Below the pieces are notes generated by a model that worked only from the letters and a program-made list of their open reading frames with translations, did no database searches and was not told the origin of the DNA. From positions 226,180-290,179 of the IMG/VR virus record IMGVR_UViG_3300008261_000001: DNA of 64,000 nt. The stretch is one strand, 5' to 3'. This document shows, in pieces, positions 38,401 to 47,069 of the stretch (positions are counted from its first letter, which is position 1; each line of letters opens with the position of its first letter). The position numbers and the translations under genes were made by a program.

Positions 38401-40640
38401 TTACGGATGTGAGTGGAAACACAGACACTGTGTTTAACCTGATCGGTGGGCGTGATAACAACGGAACAGCCAATGTGTATCCAATGTTGTTCGACACAGC
38501 AGGTACAACCTATGGCTTGTACGACTCGACCTTATCCTCGGGTGCTTTTACGCTCACGAGTCGTAAGGTGAGCTTATCTGTGCCTTCAAGCGATTTTGGA
38601 GCTATCCTAAAGGGCATAGAGTTACCTGCCTTCGTAGGGATTGCCCGTGTGTATGGTGTGTATGAGAGATCAAACTACGATGCCAATCTAGGTCAAGGCG
38701 GTGGACATGACTCGACTAGGATAAACCCTGTCGTAGCCGTCACAAACGGAACCGTAGTGAATCTGCTGAGAACCGATGCTTCTGAGTTCACCATGTACAT
38801 CAGAGAGGGCGGTGCAGATGCCGATGTGGGCGAGACAGGTTGCCACACCTATGTGCTTACTGAACACGCGGTGGACATAACACGCATCCCCACATGGAGC
38901 GAGGGTACTGCTTTTGAGGACTATGACTATGTTGTAGAGGCGGTGGTGTTCGGTTTTGCTCAGAACTTCATCAACGAGAACCGTTTTGTGATGATGAGGA
39001 ACCACAGCGGTCTTGGCACAACGCTATCCTCAACAGACGACATAACTGCTCGCATAGGTGCTTGCATACCCTACGCTTTACCTTTGGGGGCAGAGGTGGG
39101 TGTGGCTTACAGAAGAACTCCCTATCAAGGAAATGTGTATCACACACAGACAAGTGTGGGGTTGAATGATGACGATCAGATGGTTCCATATGGGAGAATA
39201 GACAGGGATGACGCATACAGCTTTAGTTCCCCTCGTCTACAAGACACCCCCACAACGGAAAACATCAACTTATCCAATCCCAAAAAGCTCCAAGTCCTCG
39301 CCACGATGGATTTCTACACGACCCTCGGTACGGGCGGAATCGGAGGGAGTTTCTATCCCTCTACGCTACACGATATTGGATACCACACATTGGATAGAAT
39401 CCCAAGTAGTGTTGGGTCACTTCACCCTCAGACCTTGAGTGGTGCTTTCAACACAGCAACCGCAGGGGTTAAGGGTTTTGTGTCTTTGTTCTTGATGGCG
39501 AACGCACACGGACGCTATAACGATGCCTCCGATGGTCTTGTCGTCACCTTAACGGATAGTAAACTCAACACCACGAATACTATCCAATATAACACACTAG
39601 GGGCAACGACCGTAGAAGAGGCAGTGCTTCTTATTCAAAAAGAGATGTTGTTGTTAGAGCCCTCTTACAAGGCATACATCATAAAGGGCTTTACAGAGGC
39701 GGATACGAAGAAATACTTCTGCCTTTTAATCGAGGCACCTACTTCAGACAAGACACATGAGATAAGCGTATCCCTATCTATTGGTGGAAAGACCTCCCCT
39801 TATGTGGGGCAAGATTTTCAGTTATTTGAGGGCATAAGAGAAATGCCCTTACAGATGTTATTTAACTCGTATGTTGAGGCTCGTTTACCAAGCGTTCTGA
39901 GAACCGCAACTAGGGCGAGTTTTGTAGAGTCTAAGCCCATAGTATCCAATGCTGGGACTGGAGACATCCCCCTCTCTCTTGTAGGACTAACAAGTCGTCT
40001 TCCTCTTGGGGTATTGGTGCGTGACTTCGATTTCTTATGTGAGGACATCTTAAACGATGGTTCGAGCTATCTTGGATCTAGTTTGGGGCAAGTGGGTGTA
40101 AGAGCTTTATCTGTACCCGTGAACGAGTTCGGTCTCCCCTACACTCAAATAGGTGGTTTGGTTGGAGATGTTATCCATTTATGTGACGGAGATCGGCTCG
40201 TTTATAATAAGTGGAATGGTTTGAGCGGTAGCAAGAACTATCTTATTGCCCGAGGTGGGGGTAGCGTCTATGGAATCAGCGGAGATAATCCAGGTGCTCC
40301 TTTATCCTATTCTGTCACCTCGTTTGGGCAGTCGGATAACCCTGTACTTAAGGGTTCGGCTTTAGCTTGTCGTGCTATGCTCGTTCGGAACTACGAGGAG
40401 ACCAACCCTGTATCTGGAGGACTTGTCTCTAGGGGTGATGAGATACAGCTTGTGATTGTAACAAATTGTGTTGATGGCACAACCTCGACAGGGGTATCTC
40501 TCAGTGGAGAGATTTCTCCATCTGGTTATGGAGAGGGGTATGCTTCAGCGGATAGATTTAGAGTAAAGGGTTTGCCTTTAGTAAAGACACACTCAGACCT
40601 CGGTGCTAGTAGCGTAAGACCTGCTCCATATAACCCTTAA
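35472..40640 (+). CDS. Tail fibre/baseplate protein (paralogue of 25864..29064)
   Basis: VVWQAGKPPLDSELN, RTDFVFLEVW, RVQVQYRIRV, RPDGKYADEI. Confidence 0.7.
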   Translation: MANDNYGSSVSRTLATDNTRFSGVVWQAGKPPLDSELNLVGQLAWENQADMLRTLTHSGFLLDPRNPQQDFVFDPLWSNYFEVGNSTTPLHALVNGWVIPLAGSDSDNSVLPLSIKLPPPPATGSRTDFVFLEVWKAIIPEGVASVIKPADGFIYERGNVVNGKAVEDELVDPEVGFETTKRVQVQYRIRVEAGVDLTTYVEGFYPSLYGQGPSSVASGGEFLNDTSDKGLWRSVHTDTADGYVYALPIGAVFRRNSTPYLMKDPTGGNQNGAVNRKPSSSSVDDATILVQAELGSQLSASYTGSFGLSNLENSGIDDADFMDTNPRLLVIGEGLEAEVVAITAVGSTSVTISERGRAGTQAKLHTAGAKVSVYNGRPDGKYADEIHPLDFLDMRHAVRVGEWDYQSMLVNAVSDLLNNNLRTTQKQNSLGADSRGVCVEEVSLLHHTAVNNTHKLDAPNGIRSVWSDGAVAQYGITLYLDPSVAVDTRGLSTATLDSTEAGFWAIGADVQPNAFLYPSGLDKGSVIFLSLDNSEGNISYGVKGTTPNKRGVRLISPLENSYESRYYNTAPPVKIELKGDETEYYPKSTEQYEAPFVVLGDQLSSVDFLADTTNNIATLYLSEVNYSSASHESLGTFDNQIKVYAFKTGTTYNSVWASTSLYSGETTYTDLILKSGEDLSGRSSELYALVYGDPNNQDNNGLFRVISAGVVNETTFYTNTSGAVWTPADREEWIVCLPVGDNSARTPVNSGVSLTLELRTQHLRDTDTSAVIAITSSDLATSDPFYLSFAIQYPAGLGGTASVADDIHFIGVQPSDTTSFLRNAISALDPTPGEVPSLNTDEIALPSKNHISFWNRLGSNGWGTRAGLNLVYGGRVVNNEIDRESEAFYDAGSKTLLLQAYQNKSVILHTKQQASAVIPSAYADSTPTDDAGIFETTHRGVFILPQTVMPRFGRQDIPMHTYLGSGDSFLSGLNHLFTDVSGNTDTVFNLIGGRDNNGTANVYPMLFDTAGTTYGLYDSTLSSGAFTLTSRKVSLSVPSSDFGAILKGIELPAFVGIARVYGVYERSNYDANLGQGGGHDSTRINPVVAVTNGTVVNLLRTDASEFTMYIREGGADADVGETGCHTYVLTEHAVDITRIPTWSEGTAFEDYDYVVEAVVFGFAQNFINENRFVMMRNHSGLGTTLSSTDDITARIGACIPYALPLGAEVGVAYRRTPYQGNVYHTQTSVGLNDDDQMVPYGRIDRDDAYSFSSPRLQDTPTTENINLSNPKKLQVLATMDFYTTLGTGGIGGSFYPSTLHDIGYHTLDRIPSSVGSLHPQTLSGAFNTATAGVKGFVSLFLMANAHGRYNDASDGLVVTLTDSKLNTTNTIQYNTLGATTVEEAVLLIQKEMLLLEPSYKAYIIKGFTEADTKKYFCLLIEAPTSDKTHEISVSLSIGGKTSPYVGQDFQLFEGIREMPLQMLFNSYVEARLPSVLRTATRASFVESKPIVSNAGTGDIPLSLVGLTSRLPLGVLVRDFDFLCEDILNDGSSYLGSSLGQVGVRALSVPVNEFGLPYTQIGGLVGDVIHLCDGDRLVYNKWNGLSGSKNYLIARGGGSVYGISGDNPGAPLSYSVTSFGQSDNPVLKGSALACRAMLVRNYEETNPVSGGLVSRGDEIQLVIVTNCVDGTTSTGVSLSGEISPSGYGEGYASADRFRVKGLPLVKTHSDLGASSVRPAPYNP

Positions 40641-40647
40641 GAGGCTT

Positions 40648-40857
40648 ATGAGAACCGCCAACGATAAACAAAGACCATTAGACCATTGCACAGGTTGTGG
40701 TAAGAGACTTCCCGAAACAAGGAGAGGTTGGGGGCTTGTTTGGGACGATGGGTCCGGATTTTGTGCAAAATGCTTATACGACATAAGGGTAAAAATAGGA
40801 TACTTTGAGCGTATAGATAAGACCTACGCTCCTAAAAGACGCAAGGATTATAAGTAA
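40648..40857 (+). CDS. Small zinc-finger protein
   Basis: CTGC...CAKC; GAGG RBS. Confidence 0.55.
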   Translation: MRTANDKQRPLDHCTGCGKRLPETRRGWGLVWDDGSGFCAKCLYDIRVKIGYFERIDKTYAPKRRKDYK

Positions 40858-40910
40858 AATGTGGAGTCTCGGTAAGGTATAAAATACATACCTTCTTTAG
40901 AGAGCCCCAC

Positions 40911-41216
40911 ATGACAAAATGGATAACACCCCTAGCTAGTAGTAATCAGATTTACGATGTTGTCTCTTCCATGTTCTCACAGCCCTATGAGAAATCTAGT
41001 CTAAGTCGCTTATCCGTCTTGGGCTTCTCTATCAGTAGAACAGATAGGGGCGTTATCTTAATGAGTAGGGGATTATCCACCTACATAAATGAGGTGACCG
41101 AAAATGAAAACGCCTTGTATGTTGGCTCAGACGGCAGAACATACAAGGCGTTAGAAGAGGCGATTGTGGGGCTATTCGAGCCTCATCTGAGGGCTGAGGT
41201 GTCTAGGAGGCTTTAG
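40911..41216 (+). CDS. Hypothetical protein
   Basis: 101-aa ORF with upstream GGTATAAAA. Confidence 0.55.
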   Translation: MTKWITPLASSNQIYDVVSSMFSQPYEKSSLSRLSVLGFSISRTDRGVILMSRGLSTYINEVTENENALYVGSDGRTYKALEEAIVGLFEPHLRAEVSRRL

Positions 41217-41572
41217 TCCTCGTCAATAATGCTCTCGACCTTAGCGTCTTGAATATTAGCGTCTTGAACCTTCGAGGGTGCTGGCAAGAGCTTCACATCG
41301 AGGGTAGCACCGAACAACTGACGCTTAGAGAGCATACGGATAGTGTCCGAGTCCCACTCCTCGACATTGTAGTAGTCCGTGTCCTCAAAGTCGAACATAT
41401 CCGTATTCGTGAGGGGGAGCTTCAGAGCCTCGATCTTGGAGGGGGCAAAGTCGGTGCGGAGGATCTTGTACTCCCCCTCGTCATCGGACTTGGCTGAAAG
41501 CACAATCCCAAAGGAAAACTGATCCTTGTTCGCTGTGTTTAAGAAAAAGGATAAACCGCGTCTAGGCTTCAT
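41213..41572 (-). CDS. Hypothetical protein
   Basis: GAGG RBS, C-rich third codon positions. Confidence 0.6.
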   Translation of the reverse strand: MKPRRGLSFFLNTANKDQFSFGIVLSAKSDDEGEYKILRTDFAPSKIEALKLPLTNTDMFDFEDTDYYNVEEWDSDTIRMLSKRQLFGATLDVKLLPAPSKVQDANIQDAKVESIIDED

Positions 41573-41669
41573 AAAACCTCGCTCAAGGGTTAAGGGTTCG
41601 TGCTTTTACTTATAGAAAAAGCAGAATCCAACCACCGAAAACTCGAACTTGAAAACTTGTACTTTTTTC

Positions 41670-41696
41670 ATCCCAACCCTCGAAGCTCTATATTAG
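41670..41696 (+). promoter_or_regulatory. ATCCCAAC-N14-ATTAG promoter-like element, copy 1
   Basis: Identical boxes and spacing at 41670, 45886 and 52353. Confidence 0.7.
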
Positions 41697-41730
41697 AGGG
41701 GGCAACCAACAGACACACAAAGGATGTTGC

Positions 41731-42042
41731 ATGGCTACGAAACGCAAGCTCCCCCTCCCCCTCAAGGATCACAACCCCACAGCCGACTCTTTTTGGCAGA
41801 GTCGCCCACGCACCATGTCTTCAGAGCAGGCTTTTTACGCTGTTTATCTGTGGGCGACGAACACATGGAGCTGGCAGGAGTTTTGCCTCAAGGGCGACCC
41901 AGTCCTCTCAGCCCTCAACCCCTTAAGCAAGGATCAAACTAAGCTCTTCCTTGAGGTGACGGACGACTCCCGTTGGGAGTGGGGCGACATCTCTAAGATT
42001 GCAGAGGAGAACTATGCTCGCCTCGTATCTCCCCACCCCTAA
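41731..42042 (+). CDS. Hypothetical protein
   Basis: AAGGA RBS, downstream of the promoter motif. Confidence 0.6.
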   Translation: MATKRKLPLPLKDHNPTADSFWQSRPRTMSSEQAFYAVYLWATNTWSWQEFCLKGDPVLSALNPLSKDQTKLFLEVTDDSRWEWGDISKIAEENYARLVSPHP

Positions 42043-42063
42043 GACCACCAACGACTATGGCAT

Positions 42064-42408
42064 CTAAGGGTTAAGGGGCTTCTGACACCACAAGGTGCGT
42101 ATAGTCTCTAACACCCTATTGCCAAAGTCTTCTGTGTCTTGAGCAATGTGATCGTACTCAAGGATGAACTGAGTTTTTCCATTATATACGCTCACGACTA
42201 GCTCCTCACTATCTGGGTCGAAGTCTGGGTCGTGGTCGGAGCGGAAAACTATTTGCACCCATACAGTGTTCTGTAGGTGCATGGTCAGCAAGGGTAGGCT
42301 TTGGTCTAGGATAAATCCAGCTTCACCGAGCATGAGGGGTAAAGCTCTGATGTAAAAGAGGGGTGTGCAGACCCTCTTTCCATTTTCTATTTTGCTGAAG
42401 TTAGTCAT
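42064..42408 (-). CDS. Hypothetical protein, GKRV family
   Basis: K..NGKRV, E.GF, C-terminal ..R..W like 63228 and 63617. Confidence 0.55.
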   Translation of the reverse strand: MTNFSKIENGKRVCTPLFYIRALPLMLGEAGFILDQSLPLLTMHLQNTVWVQIVFRSDHDPDFDPDSEELVVSVYNGKTQFILEYDHIAQDTEDFGNRVLETIRTLWCQKPLNP

Positions 42409-42694
42409 CTAAGAGCTTTAAGAGGCAGTCATTGAGCCTCTCTCCAGACACGGACTTGTTGTTGAATATAACCACCCAACGATAGTCTTCGAAGGCTAGT
42501 GAAAACACCTCGGGTTGCCGAGATAGCAGAAGGGATAGAAGGCAGCCTGTGTTAGCAGGGTCAAGGGGGTCTATTCCGTTTGGTCTCCACTTTTGAGCGT
42601 CTTGGTTTCCATTAGAGGCTCTCCAAGTTCCATCGAAGTTTTGTTGGTGTACTCTCCACCCATTAGCGTCTAACATACCAGCAAGAAATCTCAT
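42401..42694 (-). CDS. Hypothetical protein
   Basis: DPANTGCLL motif; AGGA RBS. Confidence 0.55.
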   Translation of the reverse strand: MRFLAGMLDANGWRVHQQNFDGTWRASNGNQDAQKWRPNGIDPLDPANTGCLLSLLLSRQPEVFSLAFEDYRWVVIFNNKSVSGERLNDCLLKLLDD

Positions 42695-42721
42695 GGTGTT
42701 TATCCTATTGGTGAGTTTATT

Positions 42722-43393
42722 TTAATAGAAGAGCTTTTTGAGGGCTTGTAGCCCACCAGCTTTCCAAACTTCCCCAGGGTCTTTTCCTCTGTACTTCCAT
42801 TGTACGGATCGGATGCCGATGTCTGTCATTTGCTTGTGTAGCCAAGCTGATTTTTTACGACCTGTTTCATCGTTATCGTAGCAGATATATATAGTGGACA
42901 GAGGCGTGTAAAACTGAGCAATGGTAGCTAGGGTGTTTGAGTCCATACCTGCTCTGAGTGTGGAACACACAGCGTCTGTGGGGGGTATGGATTTCTCGAC
43001 TGCTATAAGGTCAAAAACGCCTTCGACTATCCAAAGGTCGTTTCCCTCCCACAAAGCGTTCAGTGCTTTTTCACTGCCGAGTAGGTAGGGGTTCCATTGG
43101 GATTTTGGTGTTCTGTACTGAAGAACTTTCTTTTGTCCCTCAGCGTCTATGGAACGCACCTCAAGACCGAGTATCTCACCACGGGGGGATGTGATCGGAA
43201 TAATCAGATGGTCTTTGATGCGTTCGCCTAAAGAGCCGAACATGGCTTTGAAGCGTGGGTCTTGGATCTGATCGTGGGGTATCCAAGAGTGAAAGGATAT
43301 TGAAGATTGGCTATCTACACCCCTAGAGGCTAGATAGGGCTTGTAAGCCTCTAGGGGTGAACCGAGTCCTTTTCGTAGCCAACCATCGTCCAT
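42722..43393 (-). CDS. DNA primase catalytic (Toprim) domain protein
   Basis: YLASRG, IIPI, IVEGVFD, CYDNDETG, KDPGE. Confidence 0.88.
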   Translation of the reverse strand: MDDGWLRKGLGSPLEAYKPYLASRGVDSQSSISFHSWIPHDQIQDPRFKAMFGSLGERIKDHLIIPITSPRGEILGLEVRSIDAEGQKKVLQYRTPKSQWNPYLLGSEKALNALWEGNDLWIVEGVFDLIAVEKSIPPTDAVCSTLRAGMDSNTLATIAQFYTPLSTIYICYDNDETGRKKSAWLHKQMTDIGIRSVQWKYRGKDPGEVWKAGGLQALKKLFY

Positions 43394-43396
43394 TTT

Positions 43397-44152
43397 TTAT
43401 CCGTTATTCTGACTAACCGCCCAAGAAGGAGCCTCGGCTTCTCCTTTTTTAACTTTAAGGGCGAGTTCGTATCCCGCTTTATAGACATCGGCTTGAGAGT
43501 TCATTGGTTTTCCTTGAATACCATCTAGATAGCCTTGAACCATCTCTACGGGGGTAGCGGAGGCGGGGGTGCCTGTTCTCATCATAGCCATGTTTTGTAC
43601 TCCTTTATCTGAGCAGGTGACGATTTTATATTGGAAGTAGGTTATCCAATAATCGAGTCTCTTTTTATACCAAGCATCGCAAGTGCCGTTGATACCACTC
43701 TGATGGTGGCACGGATGTAAGTCCTTATCGTCGAACAAAGTTAAGAACTTTTTCATCACTTCGACTGAGTACTTGGTGTTGGGGTTTTTGAGCTTAACGC
43801 ACTCCTTTTGGATAGCGTCTTTATGCTCTTCTGGTTTCCAACCGTTCCAATGCCCCCTAGTGAACTGAGGGTACGAGTACCTAGCGTGTATTTGAAACAC
43901 ACCGCAAGCTCGTCCATTATCTCCTCTGTTCACATTAGGACGGATACGGCTTTCCATCCAAGCGAGAGCGAGAAGTCTGGGGTCTGGGTTTCCATCTTCC
44001 CATGCGTGTTGGAGCAATCGAATCTGATCGGAGTAGTTCGCAGGCTTAGAGTAGTGGAACTTCCAATTTGGTTCGATGTTTACCCGAGACGCATACTGAA
44101 GGGAATCCATCATACAATGGAAAGATAGGGTTAAGATTAAGAGATGAGGCAT
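43397..44152 (-). CDS. SLT/lysozyme-like transglycosylase with in-frame C-terminal small protein
   Basis: LALAWMESR, ACGVFQI; internal AAGGAG-ATG at 43591. Confidence 0.65.
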   Translation of the reverse strand: MPHLLILTLSFHCMMDSLQYASRVNIEPNWKFHYSKPANYSDQIRLLQHAWEDGNPDPRLLALAWMESRIRPNVNRGDNGRACGVFQIHARYSYPQFTRGHWNGWKPEEHKDAIQKECVKLKNPNTKYSVEVMKKFLTLFDDKDLHPCHHQSGINGTCDAWYKKRLDYWITYFQYKIVTCSDKGVQNMAMMRTGTPASATPVEMVQGYLDGIQGKPMNSQADVYKAGYELALKVKKGEAEAPSWAVSQNNG

Positions 44153-44153
44153 C

Positions 44154-44336
44154 TCATTCCTCGTGGGGATTTGGGAGCTTCTCTGATGTATGTGATCGAA
44201 AATGGAAATCCTCACGGGGTACGCGGAGGGGGGTACGCTTCCATATTCCTTTGTATTTCAGTCCGAGCAACACCCCATTTGAGTACTTCTCGGAGCTTGG
44301 ATACATCGTGTCGGCTAGTTGAAAGAGCATAAGCAC
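44154..44336 (-). CDS. Small hypothetical protein
   Basis: 60-aa ORF abutting the RBS of the SLT gene. Confidence 0.35.
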   Translation of the reverse strand: MLMLFQLADTMYPSSEKYSNGVLLGLKYKGIWKRTPLRVPREDFHFRSHTSEKLPNPHEE

Positions 44337-44607
44337 CTTATGGTGAGATAGTCAGGTGCTTATATAAGATATGGGGCATCAACCCCACATCTAGACTAGT
44401 GTTCATCGCTATCTCGAAAAGACTTCGGATAGTCTTCGGATTGTTTAACTCCTTTACGCTGAGATCGGTTGTGGCGGTGTTAAAAAGGGGTTTAGTCTGC
44501 ATCTAACTAGAACCTTGCTTCATTTTAGATTTGACTCCCCTTGATTTATGGTTAATAACCTCGTATCCATTTCATACCCCTACCCCCCCACCATAAGAGA
44601 GTAAAGC

Positions 44608-45231
44608 ATGGATTGTGTTGTGGACTATACCCAAGTGCAACCAACCAAGCGTTGGCATTTGGGTGTGTGTACGATTCTTACATTTAACTTTAAGCAGATT
44701 TCACTTAAAAACAAAAAGAAACTAGGGATAGACATAGACAAAAAGCGTGAAGATATAAGACTTCTCTTTTACAAGAGGCAAGCCAAGCAGGTGGCTCGTT
44801 TGGGGCTAGACCCAGAGGATGTACTTCAAGAGGTCTACAAGGGCTTGATTATCCGCAACGAGGGTACTTGCCCTTACGACCCAAAGAAATCTGCCTTCTC
44901 CACCTATGTTGTCATGGTCATGAACTGCGTAGTCATGAACATCGTCAAAAAGCGTAAGCTCTACAACGATAGAGAGGTTGTCGGTGAAGAGGACGATGCC
45001 GCCACCTATAATGTTGCTTCCCATTATCAGAACCAAGACGAAGAGTTATTACTAGAGCAAGTTCGTGGGTCTTTTAACGGAGATTTGCTTAAGGTATATG
45101 ACGCTCTGATGGAGGGTACAAAACACGCCCATATTGCAAACGAGCTTGGTTGGGAGATTCGTAAGGTGAATATGTGCATTAAAGAGATCAGAACGAAGGT
45201 AGCTAACTACTTGGGGCGGTCTGCGGACTAA
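44608..45231 (+). CDS. Phage sigma70/ECF-like sigma factor
   Basis: EDVLQEV..YDPKKSAFSTYV (region 2), HIANELG HTH (region 4). Confidence 0.8.
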   Translation: MDCVVDYTQVQPTKRWHLGVCTILTFNFKQISLKNKKKLGIDIDKKREDIRLLFYKRQAKQVARLGLDPEDVLQEVYKGLIIRNEGTCPYDPKKSAFSTYVVMVMNCVVMNIVKKRKLYNDREVVGEEDDAATYNVASHYQNQDEELLLEQVRGSFNGDLLKVYDALMEGTKHAHIANELGWEIRKVNMCIKEIRTKVANYLGRSAD

Positions 45232-45818
45232 ACAGAGAACTTGTAAAGCCCAAAGACCCTCCTCGAAACAGGTAGGTATCCAAAACCTGGGTCTATAGAA
45301 GTACCTTGTGTGATCTGCTGTCCAAGCTCGTCTATCTTCATGTTAAAAGTAGCCCTCTCTGCTTTATTCGAATCAGACCCTACACCAAAAGTGGAAATCT
45401 CTTCGATATTGTCAGCCCAAGCCATAAGATAAATACTGCCCTCAAAAGGTTCACCCTTAAAGTCGGTTCTAAGCCCGTAAGCGAACACAGGTATCTGTAG
45501 TTCGTCTGCAATACGAGTAAGACCCAAGACTTGGTCTTTACTCAAGAACTGAGCCTCATCCACGAATAAGACTTTGATGGGTTTATCCAATACTGCTAGG
45601 TAGGGACATTCTGAGGAGCTTAAGGATTGAGCCTTCTGTGTGAAGCCGATGCGGGAAGCGACTTTGGATACTTCGTCTCTCTGTGAAGCGACATGAGGCA
45701 CTAAGACCTCGTATGGGATTTCTCGCTCAAAGCATGAGTGAGCCCTCATGATAAGGTTGGCACTCTTACCAGCGTTGACGGTGGAGTAGATGAAGGTGAG
45801 CATCGTTTTTCTTTCCAT
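45228..45818 (-). CDS. tdk: Thymidine kinase (type II), zinc ligands lost
   Basis: YSTVNAGKS, SRIG, VDEAQF, YGLRTDFKGEPFEGS. Confidence 0.92.
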   Translation of the reverse strand: MERKTMLTFIYSTVNAGKSANLIMRAHSCFEREIPYEVLVPHVASQRDEVSKVASRIGFTQKAQSLSSSECPYLAVLDKPIKVLFVDEAQFLSKDQVLGLTRIADELQIPVFAYGLRTDFKGEPFEGSIYLMAWADNIEEISTFGVGSDSNKAERATFNMKIDELGQQITQGTSIDPGFGYLPVSRRVFGLYKFSV

Positions 45819-45885
45819 TTCTAGTTTTCTTACCTTTATACACCTCCAGCACTTATGTGAAATAAAGATTATCCGAAAAAAGATT

Positions 45886-45912
45886 ATCCCAACTCGTGAT
45901 GTTCTCTATTAG
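45886..45912 (+). promoter_or_regulatory. ATCCCAAC-N14-ATTAG promoter-like element, copy 2
   Basis: Exact box match and spacing. Confidence 0.7.
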
Positions 45913-45947
45913 GGGGGTGTACACACCCACACCACAGAGAGAACACC

Positions 45948-46523
45948 ATGACCAAGCTCGACATCCTCAACATCATCATCAAGCTCCTTGTCCTCGACAA
46001 CGCAGTCGGGCTCGACAACCCTAAGGTCAAGACGCACCTGGACGCGGTCGCCACCGCCATCCATGCCGAGGCTGGTGAGGTTCCCGCCTCACGCCTCATC
46101 AGCCTCGCTTATAACGAGTCTCGATTTGGATATAAAGAGATCAAGCTCGACTCTTACCCCACCACCTCGTGGGGGGCTTGTGGCATCTATCAGCAGGTGG
46201 CGAAGTTCTCCACCATCCCCACCACCTGCCACAAGCTGGGGACAGATGTTCGTCACGCCACGAAGGTGGCTGTGGCTTACCTCAAGTACATGAAGGGTCG
46301 GTGGAAGGTCACGACCTCCACCGAGAAGATGGACGACCTCATGTGCCACTACTACAGCGGAAACACCTGTGATCGAGAGGCTAAGGCTTACGCCAAGAGG
46401 CATAAGAAAATCCGCGAGAAGGCGAGCGAGCTTCTAGCTTCTAAGGCTAAGGGGCTGAAGAAGCCTAAGTCTAAGGGGCTGATGGTAGCTTCTCGTAAGG
46501 GGCTTCCCCCTCGCACCATCTAA
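45948..46523 (+). CDS. SLT-like lytic transglycosylase with N-terminal hydrophobic segment
   Basis: LISLAYNESR, GACGIYQ, YLK, HYYSG. Confidence 0.65.
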   Translation: MTKLDILNIIIKLLVLDNAVGLDNPKVKTHLDAVATAIHAEAGEVPASRLISLAYNESRFGYKEIKLDSYPTTSWGACGIYQQVAKFSTIPTTCHKLGTDVRHATKVAVAYLKYMKGRWKVTTSTEKMDDLMCHYYSGNTCDREAKAYAKRHKKIREKASELLASKAKGLKKPKSKGLMVASRKGLPPRTI

Positions 46524-46536
46524 GAGGAGTGTACAC

Positions 46537-47058
46537 ATGAAGATACATAGCAATGCGGGTATCACTCATTGGTCTAAAGAGATCGAGGACGACACCCTCT
46601 TAGGTTCCCTAGAAATGGGTCTAGGGGAGGATGGCAAGAGGGTGGTGGTTTCTTGGAAAGAGGGGGAATCTGCCTTCAAGGTCTTCGGATCTTGGTTCTT
46701 GCAGATGGGGCTACAAGACTTAATCTTGATCGTTAATGGGACATACGATTGTCGTGTGAACACCCTAGAGGGTGGTACACACAAAGGCGAGGGGGGTATG
46801 GTACTGAGGGTAGAGTGGTCTACAGGGAACGACCCAGATAGGAATGTGATCGTTTATAACGACTTGAAGGATAAGGAAAGCTACACGGGTCATAACTTTC
46901 AGAAGCAAGAGGGGTATCTGAGGGTTGTACTTATCCGTGGTACTCAGGTACATCTTGGGACATGGGGTGGAGGTTATCCGACTGCTGATTTTGGGGCTTT
47001 AGGTTCTCATATGAACTCTATAATGGATTGGATTAGGTATATCTACAAAGCCAACTGA
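46537..47058 (+). CDS. Hypothetical protein
   Basis: GAGGAG RBS. Confidence 0.6.
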   Translation: MKIHSNAGITHWSKEIEDDTLLGSLEMGLGEDGKRVVVSWKEGESAFKVFGSWFLQMGLQDLILIVNGTYDCRVNTLEGGTHKGEGGMVLRVEWSTGNDPDRNVIVYNDLKDKESYTGHNFQKQEGYLRVVLIRGTQVHLGTWGGGYPTADFGALGSHMNSIMDWIRYIYKAN

Positions 47059-47069
47059 GGAGGGCTTTA

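Noticed and set aside
44337-44600. Hidden gene or ncRNA in the divergent intergenic region before the sigma gene
   Set aside because: All frames are interrupted by stops and only isolated small hairpins are present; not enough support.
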